47,317 nt of DNA from Calditrichia bacterium (lineage in GTDB: Bacteria > Calditrichota > Calditrichia > RBG-13-44-9 > J075): NCBI GenBank assembly GCA_050633245.1, contig JBOEGD010000017.1, forward strand, positions 1-47,317, in the 5' to 3' direction. The position numbers were made by a program, and so were the translations under genes. This document shows positions 47,200 to 47,317 of the stretch, piece after piece (within the stretch, counting starts at the first letter, position 1; each line of letters starts with the position of its first letter). The notes under the pieces were generated by a model. The model was given only the letters and a program-made list of their open reading frames with translations, ran no database searches and was not told the DNA's origin.

Positions 47200-47226
47200 G
47201 AGCTAGCCTTCCCGCTAGCTCTTTTT
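47200..47226 (+). terminator. Intrinsic terminator
   Basis: GAGCTAGC-CTTCCC-GCTAGCTC-TTTTT. Confidence 0.8.
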
Positions 47227-47295
47227 GATTCTAAAAAGGTTTTCAACTCCAGATTAAATAAGTCTAAAGTCGTTCTAAATTTCAGATTAAATAAT

Positions 47296-47317
47296 TGTAA
47301 ATCGTCAAAATCTCCCG
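47296..47317. mobile_element. Terminal inverted repeat of an IS-like element whose body lies right of the window
   Basis: TGTAAATCGTCAAAATCTCCCG, inverted relative to 1-21. Confidence 0.75.

Noticed and set aside
47250-47294. CAGATTAAATAA direct repeat as transposase-binding sites of a Tn7-like end
   Set aside because: Only two AT-rich 12-mers, with no counterpart at the left end and no tns genes.

Overview
AT-rich accessory (genomic-island-type) DNA, probably from an FCB-group bacterium such as Calditrichota, Ignavibacteria or KSB1. This is inferred from four large secreted proteins ending in a 'YPNPFN' FlgD-Ig/T9SS-type-A-like tail. No housekeeping genes, rRNA or CRISPR arrays were seen. 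Both window ends carry the same 21-bp IS-like terminal inverted repeat, and the left one cuts a tyrosine-integrase gene. Left third: HAD hydrolase, an unannotated 49-aa 8-Cys peptide, a LamG/FN3 secreted protein, an FG-GAP/ASPIC-UnbV histidine kinase plus sigma54 activator with a putative enhancer/promoter, and a 1.9-kaa M23 peptidase flanked by two mini-IS relics. At ~18.8 kb is the 3' half of a tRNA-Leu(TAA) (att-like scar) with a 79-nt multi-hairpin insert in its T-loop, followed by a nonsense-mutated IS3 that truncates an M6-like protease. Middle: a secreted protease/lipoprotein cluster, then a FimB/FimE-sized tyrosine recombinase beside two inverted 34-bp lox-like (13-8-13) sites that enclose a 3.7-kb convergent cassette (lipoprotein, hicB-hicA, SGNH hydrolase, small Cys/His protein). 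Right: a defence block (DdmDE-like helicase-nuclease plus Argonaute-like protein, RloC-like ATPase/HEPN), a large serine recombinase with a small partner gene that also has a frameshifted paralogue, and a UbiA prenyltransferase. The best candidate for a new system is the lox-like invertible cassette, which may phase-vary its own cargo and possibly the adjacent defence genes. All family calls come from motif reading only; no searches were run.
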